DNA of 64,000 nt from Planctomycetota bacterium. Its GTDB lineage: Bacteria; Planctomycetota; UBA1135; UBA2386. Positions within the stretch are counted from its first letter, which is position 1. The number at the start of each line of letters is the position of its first letter. Position numbers and translations under genes: made by a program. Below are positions 43,713-52,640 of the stretch, one piece after another. The stretch lies in contig VGZG01000007.1 of NCBI GenBank assembly GCA_016872675.1, positions 2,433 to 66,432 on the forward strand, read 5' to 3'. The notes under the pieces are model-generated. The model saw nothing but the letters and a program-made list of their open reading frames with translations, was not told the DNA's origin and made no database searches.

Positions 43713-45584
43713 TCAGAAATTCCGTAGGCCGACGACCGCGGCAGACAGGGGGATTGCGACCAACGCGCCGAGCACGTAGACCTCGGGGCCGAACGGGCTG
43801 GTCGTCGTCGTGACCGTGCCGTTGACGTCGGTGCGCTGGTACGAGACCGACGGGAATAGGTGCTTGGTCAGCGTCGCCGAGTCCGGGATCTGCGCGGTGT
43901 CGAGCGGGATGTCCTCGCCGAGCGGGATGAATCCAAGCACGCCGGTCGCCATCTGGTAGTAGCTCTCGAACGTCGACTTCCAGTCGGTGTAGCTGATGCT
44001 GGTGACGCCTTGCGGCATCGAGGCGGCGATCGACGCGAACTCCTTGCTGCCGCGGATGTCGCCCTTCGGCTCGTCCTCCTTGCGGTCGAGGCGGGCGAAC
44101 GCGCGCTTGACGTCGCTCGGCGTGAAGCACACCACCATGTAGCCGTTCTTGAACGCGAACGTCGGCTGATAGGACTCGAGCGGGTTCATGCCGCCGAATT
44201 GCTCGATGTCCTCAAGGCCAAGCCGGACCTGGTAGGCCTTGATGCCGCGCTTCTCGCCCTCCTCGATCTCGATGCGGCCATCGCTGAGCGCGGCGAGGGC
44301 CTTCAGCGCCTTCACCAGCCGCTGCTCGTCGGTGACCTTGACGAGCAGCGTCGCCTCGGGCGGCGCGTTGATTTGCCCCATCGGCAGCGACCACCATGCG
44401 TAGTGGTCGCCGATCGTGCCGACGAGGTCGTCGCGCAGCTTGAAGCCGATCTGTTGTTCCATCGCGGCGATCTGCTCGCGCGCCTTCTTGCCGATCTCCG
44501 GGTCGTAGGCGTCGACGCCGCGCAGCACGGCGTCGTAGTACCAGCCGAGGTCGAGCATGCTGCTGCCGAGGCCCACCGCGTCCTTGGGCACCCACTTGAG
44601 GAACGACATGTCGACGGTCTTCGCCGCCGCCGTCGTGGCCGCCGCCGTGTCGCCGCTCAGGGTCGCGCTCATGCCGCGGCTCATCGCCTTGCCGTCGGCG
44701 TAGACGTACGACATCGCCAGCGGGCCGAGGTCGCTCAGGCCCATCGCCTTGATCGCGCGCCGCACGCCCTCCACGTCGAGGTCGCCGATCTGCCCCATCT
44801 CGGCGCCAATGCCAAGACCGGCCATGGCGACGTCGAGGAAGCCGGTCGGACGCAGGTACAGCTGCATCTCGGCGCCCTTGTCGTCGATCGCGCCAAGCGA
44901 CGACTGGAAGGCTGGCGTCGCGCCCAGGATCGGCGTCTTCGCGGCCATCGCGGTCACCGTCTCGCGGACCTCGTCGATCAGCGTGCCGATGACGATGCCC
45001 CGGCCGAGCATCGCGATGTGCAGGCCCATCTTGATGCCCGACTCCTCGGGCGGCGCGTACGAGACGATCTTGACCTCGCCGACCTTGGTCTCGCTGCGCG
45101 TGAGCTGGCCTTCGCTGCGTTCGTCGAGCTGCTTCAGGCCCATTTCGAGCAAGGCCATCCACGTCGGCGCGGTGGCGCCGAAGTTGACGTGCAGCATCAG
45201 GCCGACCTCGGGCTGCGGGCCGAAGTCGCCCATGCCGAGGCCGAGCTTGGTGATCGCGGCGGTCATGCCCTGCACGCGCAGGCTCATCACCGCATCGGGA
45301 TCGACGGGCAGCGCGCCCGCCTTGTGCTGCTCGCGCGCCTGCCCCAGCGCCTCGTCGACCCGCTTGCCGAGCATCGCCATCAGGTCGCCGACGAACGCCT
45401 GGACGTCCGGCTCGGCCCACATCTTGGCGAGCGGCATGGCCTGGAACTCGGCGTAGGAGCCCGGCAGGTCGGGCATCGTCGCGGCCGCGATGGTGTCCTT
45501 CGGCAGGTAGGCCAGGATCGACTGCTGCGCGGCCAACGGCGCTAGCAGCAGGGCCGGCAGGAATAGACAGGAGATCGGCTTCAT
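43713..45584 (-). CDS. Exported hypothetical protein (DUF3352-like)
   Basis: Signal peptide, 'LAYLPKDT' and repeated 'LKWVPKDA' segments, C-terminal hydrophobic tail; coding-like codon usage. Confidence 0.55.
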   Translation of the reverse strand: MKPISCLFLPALLLAPLAAQQSILAYLPKDTIAAATMPDLPGSYAEFQAMPLAKMWAEPDVQAFVGDLMAMLGKRVDEALGQAREQHKAGALPVDPDAVMSLRVQGMTAAITKLGLGMGDFGPQPEVGLMLHVNFGATAPTWMALLEMGLKQLDERSEGQLTRSETKVGEVKIVSYAPPEESGIKMGLHIAMLGRGIVIGTLIDEVRETVTAMAAKTPILGATPAFQSSLGAIDDKGAEMQLYLRPTGFLDVAMAGLGIGAEMGQIGDLDVEGVRRAIKAMGLSDLGPLAMSYVYADGKAMSRGMSATLSGDTAAATTAAAKTVDMSFLKWVPKDAVGLGSSMLDLGWYYDAVLRGVDAYDPEIGKKAREQIAAMEQQIGFKLRDDLVGTIGDHYAWWSLPMGQINAPPEATLLVKVTDEQRLVKALKALAALSDGRIEIEEGEKRGIKAYQVRLGLEDIEQFGGMNPLESYQPTFAFKNGYMVVCFTPSDVKRAFARLDRKEDEPKGDIRGSKEFASIAASMPQGVTSISYTDWKSTFESYYQMATGVLGFIPLGEDIPLDTAQIPDSATLTKHLFPSVSYQRTDVNGTVTTTTSPFGPEVYVLGALVAIPLSAAVVGLRNF

Positions 45585-45694
45585 GGTGTGACTTCGGGTC
45601 GGTGGGATTGCGGCAGAACTGCTGCGCGGAGAGTGGCCGGTATTGCCCAGGACCTGTCACGGCGTAGGCCGCGAGCGGGCGCCGGGCACTGGGC

Positions 45695-47056
45695 TCACGA
45701 GCCCTTGGCGATGACTTGCTGCAGGTAGGCGACGACCTTCGCTTCGTCGGCGATCAGTTGAGCCTCGAGCTTGGACACTACCTTGTCGAGGCTACCCTTG
45801 CCGGCGCCCGACAGCAGGTCGGTGACGCCCTTCAGCGCCTCGGTCGCCTTGGCGTCGCCGCCGTGCAGGCAAAAGGAGAGTAGGACGCCCGCCTGGAAGA
45901 GGTTGTAGTCGATGTCCTTCGACTCCATGTCGCCGCTGATCGCGAAGCCGGAGAAGAACGACTTCAGGTTGCGCACGCCGCCCTTCTGCACGTGCTGCTT
46001 GCCGAACCACGACGCATCGCCGTCGTTGTCGAGGCGCGACGTGTAGGAGCCGATGCCGTGCAGCAGCCACAGCGGCAGGTCGTGGCCGCCGTCCTCGGCG
46101 ACGCCGTGCGCGTACGCGATCGCGGCGCAGTGGCGAATGTAGCGCTGGCCCCAGTCCTTCTGGTTGAAGCAGATCGCCGGGCGCACCGCGCCGACCAGCG
46201 GCAGCATCATGTTGGCCTCCTCGCGCATCAGGAACGCGCCGCACGCATCGGTGCCGTCGCCGAAGGCCTGGCCGAATTCGCGGAACTCCGACTCCGTGGC
46301 GGCAACCACCACGACCGGACGTTGCGTCGCCGGCACGATGCGCGCACCGACGATCGGCTGCACCTTTTCCACGGCGGCGTCGACGAGGCCCTTGAGCTCC
46401 TCGATCTTGGCGAGGCCGAGTGTGCTGACGAACGCGCCGTGCTTGGTGCGCACAACCCACGGCCGCTTGGGGTCGCTGTGGAACGTGTCCGCCTCCTTGG
46501 CGTCGACCCAGCGGTCGCCGCCGATGGGGTAGTACTTGCCCTGTGCCTTCTCGAGGTTCCTGGCGTCGATCAACTCGCCGGTGTCCGGGTGGCGGACCTT
46601 GCCGGTCTGCAGCGCGACGAGCTCCTCCTTCGTCACCACCTGGCCGTCGTGCCAGAACACGCCGCGCTTGGCGTCGGCGGCCTTGTCCTTCTCGACCCAG
46701 ACGCCGCTGGCCTCGACGAAGCCCTTGGCCGCGTACTCGGCGGCGAGCGCCTTCTTGCGCAGCGCGTCGGCGTCCTTCGCCGCCATCCACTTGCCTTCGA
46801 TCAGCTGGTTGCCGAGCGCCTCATTGGCGCCGGCATGGTCCGGCTTGACCTTGAGCACGGCCTCGAAGAGACGCTTGGCGTCGACCGCGAGCGCCTTCTC
46901 CTTCGCCCACTTCGCCGTCTCGAACAACTTCTCCGGGTCCTTCTTCGCCGCGGTCTCCTTCGCCTTCAGCTCGCTCTTGAGTTGCGCGGCGGACTGGGCG
47001 AGCGCTGGCGCGAGCGCCAACAGCATGACGAAGAGACAGCGGCGGATCGTGTGCAT
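45695..47056 (-). CDS. Exported hypothetical protein with degenerate zincin-like C-terminal domain
   Basis: Signal peptide; 'VKPDHAGANEALG' helical repeat; 'RHCAAIAY...LPLWLLHGIGSY' echoes HExxH...PxWxxEG without the metal ligands. Confidence 0.55.
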   Translation of the reverse strand: MHTIRRCLFVMLLALAPALAQSAAQLKSELKAKETAAKKDPEKLFETAKWAKEKALAVDAKRLFEAVLKVKPDHAGANEALGNQLIEGKWMAAKDADALRKKALAAEYAAKGFVEASGVWVEKDKAADAKRGVFWHDGQVVTKEELVALQTGKVRHPDTGELIDARNLEKAQGKYYPIGGDRWVDAKEADTFHSDPKRPWVVRTKHGAFVSTLGLAKIEELKGLVDAAVEKVQPIVGARIVPATQRPVVVVAATESEFREFGQAFGDGTDACGAFLMREEANMMLPLVGAVRPAICFNQKDWGQRYIRHCAAIAYAHGVAEDGGHDLPLWLLHGIGSYTSRLDNDGDASWFGKQHVQKGGVRNLKSFFSGFAISGDMESKDIDYNLFQAGVLLSFCLHGGDAKATEALKGVTDLLSGAGKGSLDKVVSKLEAQLIADEAKVVAYLQQVIAKGS

Positions 47057-47097
47057 CGGGTGGAGTTCTCGGGTTGGTTGCGTGCGTCAGCGCGCGA

Positions 47098-47709
47098 TCA
47101 CGCCTTGCGCCGCTTGGCGTCGGGCGCGAAGTGGTTCCAGGAGTCCATGCGCTGGCTCGGGCGCAGCGTCAGGTATGGCGTCCAGCGCGGACGTGCCGGG
47201 GCGCGCAGCAGGCGCAGTCCGGATTCCTTCAGCGTGCGGTCGGCCTTGCGAGCGTTGCAGCCGACGCAGGCGATCACGCAGTTCTCCCAGTTGGTCATGC
47301 CGCCGCGCGACCGCGGCAACACGTGGTCGACGCTGAGATGGTTGTTGGTGCAGCGCCAGCCGCAGTACTGGCAGGTGAAGTCATCGCGGAGGAAGAGATT
47401 GCGGCGCGTGAATGGCGCCTCGTGGCACGGCACGCGGTCGTAGTGCGACAGCAGCACGACCTCGGGCGCTTGGACACGCACGCTTGGCGAGCGGATAGCG
47501 TTGATCTCGTTGACGACCGGCTGGCGGACCCATTCCCCGAACGTGAACGTCGACAGCGACTCCGGGCAGACGATCCGGGCTGCTTCACGGAAGACCATGA
47601 CCAGGGCGCGCCGAACCGTCGTGACGTGCACCGGCCGCCAGGAGCGATTGAGGACGAGCGTCGCTCGGTCGAGCAGATCCGTCCTCCGAGCGTCGTGGTT
47701 GGTCCGCAT
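47098..47709 (-). CDS. HNH endonuclease (McrA/HNH_5-like)
   Basis: 'LVLNRSWRP', 'RRNLFLRDDFTCQYCG', 'VDHVLPRSRGG', 'WENCVIACVGCNARK'; start ATG 47709. Confidence 0.88.
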   Translation of the reverse strand: MRTNHDARRTDLLDRATLVLNRSWRPVHVTTVRRALVMVFREAARIVCPESLSTFTFGEWVRQPVVNEINAIRSPSVRVQAPEVVLLSHYDRVPCHEAPFTRRNLFLRDDFTCQYCGWRCTNNHLSVDHVLPRSRGGMTNWENCVIACVGCNARKADRTLKESGLRLLRAPARPRWTPYLTLRPSQRMDSWNHFAPDAKRRKA

Positions 47710-47889
47710 GTCTGTGGAATGGGCGCCGCCGTGGCGGACGGAGCAGCCGGGGATTCTAGGTCGGGCCCGGAAGCGGCGGAACTGCCCCCTGCCCGCGCCT
47801 TTCAGCCGGCGGCGGTCGTTGCGGGCGTTCCCAACTGTAGCTAGACTTCGCCCCCCCATTTCCCGAAGCCAGTAGCCCTGCGAGGAAGC

Positions 47890-48336
47890 ATGACCGCATT
47901 CGTTGCCAACCACGCCGTCGCGGCCGCGGCGTCTTTTTTGGCGCTCGTCGCCCTGGGCGCTTGCGCGCTGGAACCTGACGAGAACGCGAGCGTTCAGGCA
48001 GTGCAGTTCCAGGACGTCGTCGTGCCGAGCGGCCTGCAGATTCGCGAGTCCACTCACCAGAGCTGGTCGCGCGAGGACGCCGGCTTTCGCCAGGGGCACC
48101 TCGAGTACTACGGCCAAAACGACGTCACCGTCGCCGCCGACTACGTTCGCCAGCGCATGCCGCAGCACAACTGGTCGAAGGTCACCGATGGTCTCGCCGA
48201 GAACGGCGACCTGAAGATCCGCTTCGAACGCGACATCTATCGCGCCGACTACACCTTCTCGCGCAGCGATGGTGCGACCAAGATGGTCGTCGATTACACC
48301 ACCGACTACGCGCGTCGCGACCCGAACCGACAATGA
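47890..48336 (+). CDS. Hypothetical lipoprotein
   Basis: Lipobox 'LGAC'; GAGGA RBS; stop overlaps the next ATG. Confidence 0.6.
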   Translation: MTAFVANHAVAAAASFLALVALGACALEPDENASVQAVQFQDVVVPSGLQIRESTHQSWSREDAGFRQGHLEYYGQNDVTVAADYVRQRMPQHNWSKVTDGLAENGDLKIRFERDIYRADYTFSRSDGATKMVVDYTTDYARRDPNRQ

Positions 48337-49499
48337 CCTCTACTCCGACCCCCACCACACTGGGCACGCAGACGCCAAACCAGATCGAGCTGGCCTGGTT
48401 CCGCTACAAGGCCCCTATCAATGTGGTGTTGCTGGCAATCGTCGCGGCCCTCGGTGCCAACTATGCCCTAACGTATTTCGAGCGAAAGGAAACCGACAAG
48501 ATCTGGTCCGAATTCGCCACAAGTGTCGGCCTGGAAAATGCTTACACCGATAGCTCCAAGGCGAGCGTGAGTTTGACCGAGCAGGTCGCCACCCTCGGCG
48601 CCGCCGACCTCGTCAAGGCCCTCAGCAGCGCTAGCGACGGCCAGAAGCCCTACATCCTGGTCGCCATGGCCCGCAAGGCGATGGTCGACAAGAACTGGGC
48701 GGAGGCCGATCAGCACCTCACGGCTCTCGAGACGCAGTTCCCCAACCACGTCTTGGTGCGTGCGTCGGACCACCCGGTGCAGTCGCGCGACTTCGTCAAG
48801 AAGGCCGAGTCCGACGCCCAAACGGCTCAGCCCGAAAAGCCGGAAGAGCCTGAGTGGAAGCCGGTTGTGAAGGGTAGTGCGGTTGGGTTGATGCGCGCCC
48901 AGATCGAAGCGGCCAAGGCGTTCGCGCCGCCGCCGCAGTTCGCCATGACGGAGATTCCGACCGACGCGACCAAGGTCAAGTTCGAGCTGTCGGGCAACTA
49001 CGGCTCGTTCACGCTGGCCCTGCTGCCGCAGGCGCCGCTGCACCGCGAGGCATTCCTCAAGCTCGCCCAAGGCGAGAACCCGTTCTGGAAGGGATTGGCA
49101 ATCGACGAGATTCGCCGTCCGACCAAGATGGCGAGCAAGCTCCCCCACGAACTGCACCTCGGCTTCGACTCGACGAGGGACGACCTTCGCGATAAGTGGA
49201 CCGACAAGGACCCAAGCAAGAACCAGGTCGAGTTCGAGAAGAACAGCCTGAGCCACTTCGCCGGCGCCGTGTCGGCCCGCAACGAGGCGGACGGCAAGTC
49301 CTGCGCGGATCGCTTCTGGGTCGCCGTCGATGGGGCGCCGCGTTACGACGGCGAGCGCACGATCTTCGCCTGGGTGGTCGATGGCCTCGACAACCTGAAG
49401 CGGGTGTGCGAGGCGACGATGACGGCCCAGGAAGAAGAGCAGGGCCGCGGCAAGCCGAGCGAGAACATCCGCGTCACCGCGGTCAGCGTTCTGCAGTAG
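48333..49499 (+). CDS. Membrane-anchored TPR/YfgM-like protein with degenerate cyclophilin-type domain
   Basis: N-terminal TM plus helical region; C-terminus 'SHFAGAVSA...DRFWV...PRYDGERTIFAWVVDGLD' parallels the cyclophilin consensus HxxGxLSMA...SQFFI...HLDGxYTVFGxVxxG. Confidence 0.6.
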   Translation: MTSTPTPTTLGTQTPNQIELAWFRYKAPINVVLLAIVAALGANYALTYFERKETDKIWSEFATSVGLENAYTDSSKASVSLTEQVATLGAADLVKALSSASDGQKPYILVAMARKAMVDKNWAEADQHLTALETQFPNHVLVRASDHPVQSRDFVKKAESDAQTAQPEKPEEPEWKPVVKGSAVGLMRAQIEAAKAFAPPPQFAMTEIPTDATKVKFELSGNYGSFTLALLPQAPLHREAFLKLAQGENPFWKGLAIDEIRRPTKMASKLPHELHLGFDSTRDDLRDKWTDKDPSKNQVEFEKNSLSHFAGAVSARNEADGKSCADRFWVAVDGAPRYDGERTIFAWVVDGLDNLKRVCEATMTAQEEEQGRGKPSENIRVTAVSVLQ

Positions 49500-49529
49500 G
49501 ACTGGCTCGGAGCCCTGCTGCGCGGCCGC

Positions 49530-50453
49530 TCAGGCCTCCTTGAGCCGGGCGTAGATTCGTTCAAACTCTGCGCGCCCAGCGGTCTCGATGACGATCTGGC
49601 TGCGCTTCCGCCCATAGCGGATCGCCACCTTGGTCCCGAGGTTCTCGACGAGGGCCTCTTCGATCTCGTTGAGCCAGACCGGGCGCCCCTTCGCCTTGGC
49701 GGCGCCCCCTGCCTTGGTCGCTGTGCCGAGCGACGCTGCTTGCGCCAACTTGACCTTGGCTTCGGTTTCGCGAACCGACCAGCCCTGCTTGACGCACTCG
49801 TCCGCATACTCGGTCATCGCCTTGGCGTCCGGCAGAGCGAGCAGGCAGCGGGCGTGGCCCATGGTCAGTGTTCCACGTGAAACATGGGCCTGAACGGCCT
49901 CGGGCAGGTCGAGCAGGCGCAGGAAGTTTGCGACCGACGAGCGCTCGAGACCGACGCGCCTGGCGACCTCCTCTTGGGTCGTCGCCAAGGTCGCCATCAG
50001 CAGCTTGAACCCCCGGGCCTTCTCGATGGCGTTCAGGTCCTCGCGCTGCAGGTTCTCGACCAGCGCGAACACCGCGGACTCCTGGTTGGTGAGCGTGCGC
50101 ACCAAGACAGGCACCCTCGTGAGCCCCGCCAACTGGGCGGCGCGCCACCGGCGCTCGCCGGCGACGATCTCCAGCTTGTGACCGACGCGCCGGGCCAGAA
50201 TCGGCTGCAGGATGCCGCTCGCACGAATCGACTCGGCGAGCTCCTTGAGTTCGGCCTCACCCATCGCTTTGCGCGGCTGGTACGGGCTGACGACGAGCTG
50301 CGTGACGTCCGCCTGGACGATCTCGTCCTCGCCCTGCATCTTCAGGTCGGCAACATTCGTCCGCGGTGACGGGTCTGCTTTGGTCGCATCAGGCGCCGGG
50401 CGCCCCCTGGACAAGAAGAAATCGAGGCCACGACCGAGTCGACGATCAACCAT
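49530..50453 (-). CDS. parB: Chromosome partitioning protein ParB/Spo0J
   Basis: 'LGRGL', 'YQPRK', 'GILQP', CTP-binding 'AGERRWRA', 'ENLQREDLN', HTH 'TQEEVARRVGLERSSVANFLRLL'; AAGGAG RBS. Confidence 0.95.
   Translation of the reverse strand: MVDRRLGRGLDFFLSRGRPAPDATKADPSPRTNVADLKMQGEDEIVQADVTQLVVSPYQPRKAMGEAELKELAESIRASGILQPILARRVGHKLEIVAGERRWRAAQLAGLTRVPVLVRTLTNQESAVFALVENLQREDLNAIEKARGFKLLMATLATTQEEVARRVGLERSSVANFLRLLDLPEAVQAHVSRGTLTMGHARCLLALPDAKAMTEYADECVKQGWSVRETEAKVKLAQAASLGTATKAGGAAKAKGRPVWLNEIEEALVENLGTKVAIRYGRKRSQIVIETAGRAEFERIYARLKEA
49869..49884. promoter_or_regulatory. parS centromere site
   Basis: TGTTCCACGTGAAACA matches the consensus TGTTNCACGTGAAACA; lies inside parB. Confidence 0.9.
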
Positions 50454-51162
50454 GTTCAAGCTCCTTGACGAGTTCCGCGTAGCACAAGGCGCCCTTGGAG
50501 TGTGGGCTGTGATGGAAAACTGATTGGCCGAAGCTGGCCGCCTCGACGAGACAACTGTCGCGCAGGATGACTGACCGCAAGAGTTGGTCTCCCAGGTTCT
50601 TGCGGAGATCGTCCAGGATCTCCATGGTCACTGGCTCGCGCAAGTCCACCATCGTCGGCAAGACGCCGCGCAGGGCCGCCTTGCCAGGGAACTCCACGGC
50701 AGCGGCGCTCAGGCTGGCGAGCATCTGGCTCAGGCCATGCATGGCGAAGAACTCGGCCTGCACCGGCACAACGACCCGTTCGGCGATCTGAACTCCCGCC
50801 CAGCCCCAGTCATCGAGGCGGGGCGGGCAATCGATGACGAGCCAGTCGAGGCGGTCCGCGACCCGTGCCACCAGGTCCTTCAGCCGTTCCACGTCAATCG
50901 TGGCGCCCCGTGCCAGCGTCGAGCCATCGCCCGGCGATGGCAGCAACCACAGGTTGGTGGTGATGTGCGTCAGGCCTTCCAGCGCCTCGTCAACAACGGC
51001 GTCCGCGGCGATCGACTGCACAGCCACCGTGGCGTTGCCTTGCGGATCGAGGTCGAAAAGGGCCGTACGATGCCCTGCAAGCGCAAAGCCGTGCGCAAGG
51101 TGGATGGCGGTTGTCGTCTTGCCGACGCCGCCTTTTTGGTTTGCGAGCACAATCGAACGCAT
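50446..51162 (-). CDS. parA: Chromosome partitioning ATPase ParA
   Basis: 'NQKGGVGKTTT', 'DLDPQGNAT', 'DCPP', 'EAASFG'; overlaps the parB start. Confidence 0.88.
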   Translation of the reverse strand: MRSIVLANQKGGVGKTTTAIHLAHGFALAGHRTALFDLDPQGNATVAVQSIAADAVVDEALEGLTHITTNLWLLPSPGDGSTLARGATIDVERLKDLVARVADRLDWLVIDCPPRLDDWGWAGVQIAERVVVPVQAEFFAMHGLSQMLASLSAAAVEFPGKAALRGVLPTMVDLREPVTMEILDDLRKNLGDQLLRSVILRDSCLVEAASFGQSVFHHSPHSKGALCYAELVKELEHG

Positions 51163-51308
51163 CTACGCCTCGTCGTCTGACCACGCCGAGCGCCGCGTAC
51201 GCCGCGCCCATCCGTGGGCGCATCCGTCGCTTGCCGACGGGATGCTAGCTACCTACTCTGCAACCGAGAACCCCTCGCGGCAGATTCCTCTCGCTTGGAC
51301 GACGCAAG

Positions 51309-51911
51309 GTGAACACAACCTCGATCCGCGTGCGCAGTGCGCACCTCGCCGTGGTCGCGGCCGTGCGTCACGCCGGCGTCGCGCCGTGGCTCTTGGTGGT
51401 GGGGTGGGGGCTATTCGCGGCGCTGCAGGAGCCCATGCTGTTTCGCAGCTACGGCATCCGATTGCCGTTCCAGGCTGCCTGGCCGGCGTGCATCGCGTTG
51501 CTCGCCGTGCTGGCCGCAAGCTGCCCGAAACCTCGGCATGGAACGTCGCAAGTACTTGCGGTATATTGGCTTACAGCGTCTATAGCGAGCGTGTTGACTG
51601 CCGTGCTCGCGGCCGTCGAAGGTGCCCGCGGCAGCCTCGATGGCTTGCGTCTCGCAGGCGGTTGGTGCGTCGGCTGCCTGCTGGTTGCGACGCCCTTTGG
51701 CCTCCTGCTGCTGGCCACTCGCGGCCAACCCGTTGCCCTCCGCGCGATCTTCCTCGCGGCCGCGCTCGCCCTCGCCCTGAGCCTCGCCGTGCGTTTCGAC
51801 AGCGACCCCTGGTCGCTGCGCACCATCGCGGCAACGCTGTGCTTCGGGCTGGCCGCCGTGGCCCGCGCCTGCAACCCGCCTCGTCCCCATGCGCATCGGC
51901 ATCCTCGGTGA
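51309..51911 (+). CDS. Hypothetical multi-pass membrane protein
   Basis: Several hydrophobic helices; overlaps the next gene start. Confidence 0.45.
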   Translation: MNTTSIRVRSAHLAVVAAVRHAGVAPWLLVVGWGLFAALQEPMLFRSYGIRLPFQAAWPACIALLAVLAASCPKPRHGTSQVLAVYWLTASIASVLTAVLAAVEGARGSLDGLRLAGGWCVGCLLVATPFGLLLLATRGQPVALRAIFLAAALALALSLAVRFDSDPWSLRTIAATLCFGLAAVARACNPPRPHAHRHPR

Positions 51912-52629
51912 CATCCACAGCAACGTGGAAGCGCTGCGGGCGGTCGTCGACGCGCTGCGCCACGACGACGCCGACATCTTCGTGCAGGTGGGGGACATCG
52001 TTGGCTACGGCCCGGATCCATCGCCGTGCGTCGACATCGTCCGCGATCTCGGCTGCATCACCTGCATGGGCAACCACGACGCCGCGGTGCTCGGGTTGCT
52101 CGACCTGTCGTACTTCAACGACAAGGCGCGCGCAGCCGTCGAATGGACGCGTCCACGGCTGCGGCCGAGCGATGTCGAATTCCTGCGCGCGCTGCCGCTC
52201 ATCGAGCAGCGCGCCGGCTTCACGGTCGTGCACGGCAGCCTGCACATGCCGGATCAATTCGGCTACGTGATCAGTCGCGTCGAAGCGCAGCACGCGCTCG
52301 ACGAACAGACGACGCGGCTGTGCTTCATTGGTCATTCGCACTCGCCGTGCGTCTACCTCCGGCGCACGCCGAATACGCGCGAGATCGACGCGTACGCCGA
52401 CAGCGAGATCGACGTGTCGTACCGCGGGTTCCAGCGCGTGCTCCTCAACGTCGGCAGCGTCGGTCAGCCGCGCGACGAGGATCCTCGCGCTGCGTATGGC
52501 CTCGTCGACACCGACGAAGAACGCGTTTGGATCAAGCGCGTTGCCTACGACGTTCCCGCTGTGCAGCAGAAGATCCTCGCCGCCGGACTGCCGCACCTGT
52601 TGGCCAGCCGCCTCGCGCTAGGCATCTGA
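51889..52629 (+). CDS. Calcineurin-like metallophosphoesterase
   Basis: 'DIHSN', 'GDIVGYG', 'GNHD', 'HGS', 'GHSH', 'NVGSVGQPRD'. Confidence 0.9.
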   Translation: MRIGILGDIHSNVEALRAVVDALRHDDADIFVQVGDIVGYGPDPSPCVDIVRDLGCITCMGNHDAAVLGLLDLSYFNDKARAAVEWTRPRLRPSDVEFLRALPLIEQRAGFTVVHGSLHMPDQFGYVISRVEAQHALDEQTTRLCFIGHSHSPCVYLRRTPNTREIDAYADSEIDVSYRGFQRVLLNVGSVGQPRDEDPRAAYGLVDTDEERVWIKRVAYDVPAVQQKILAAGLPHLLASRLALGI

Positions 52630-52640
52630 GGCACCGCGCC

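Noticed and set aside
47098-48333. 411-aa HNH ORF as an IscB/Cas9-like RNA-guided nuclease
   Set aside because: The upstream half overlaps a real + strand gene; the true ORF is about 203 aa with no RuvC motifs, and there is no adjacent array, IS end or room for a large ncRNA
50885-50900. Second parS in parA (CGTTCCACGTCAATCG)
   Set aside because: Only one half-site matches, with four mismatches to consensus; at best a weak site
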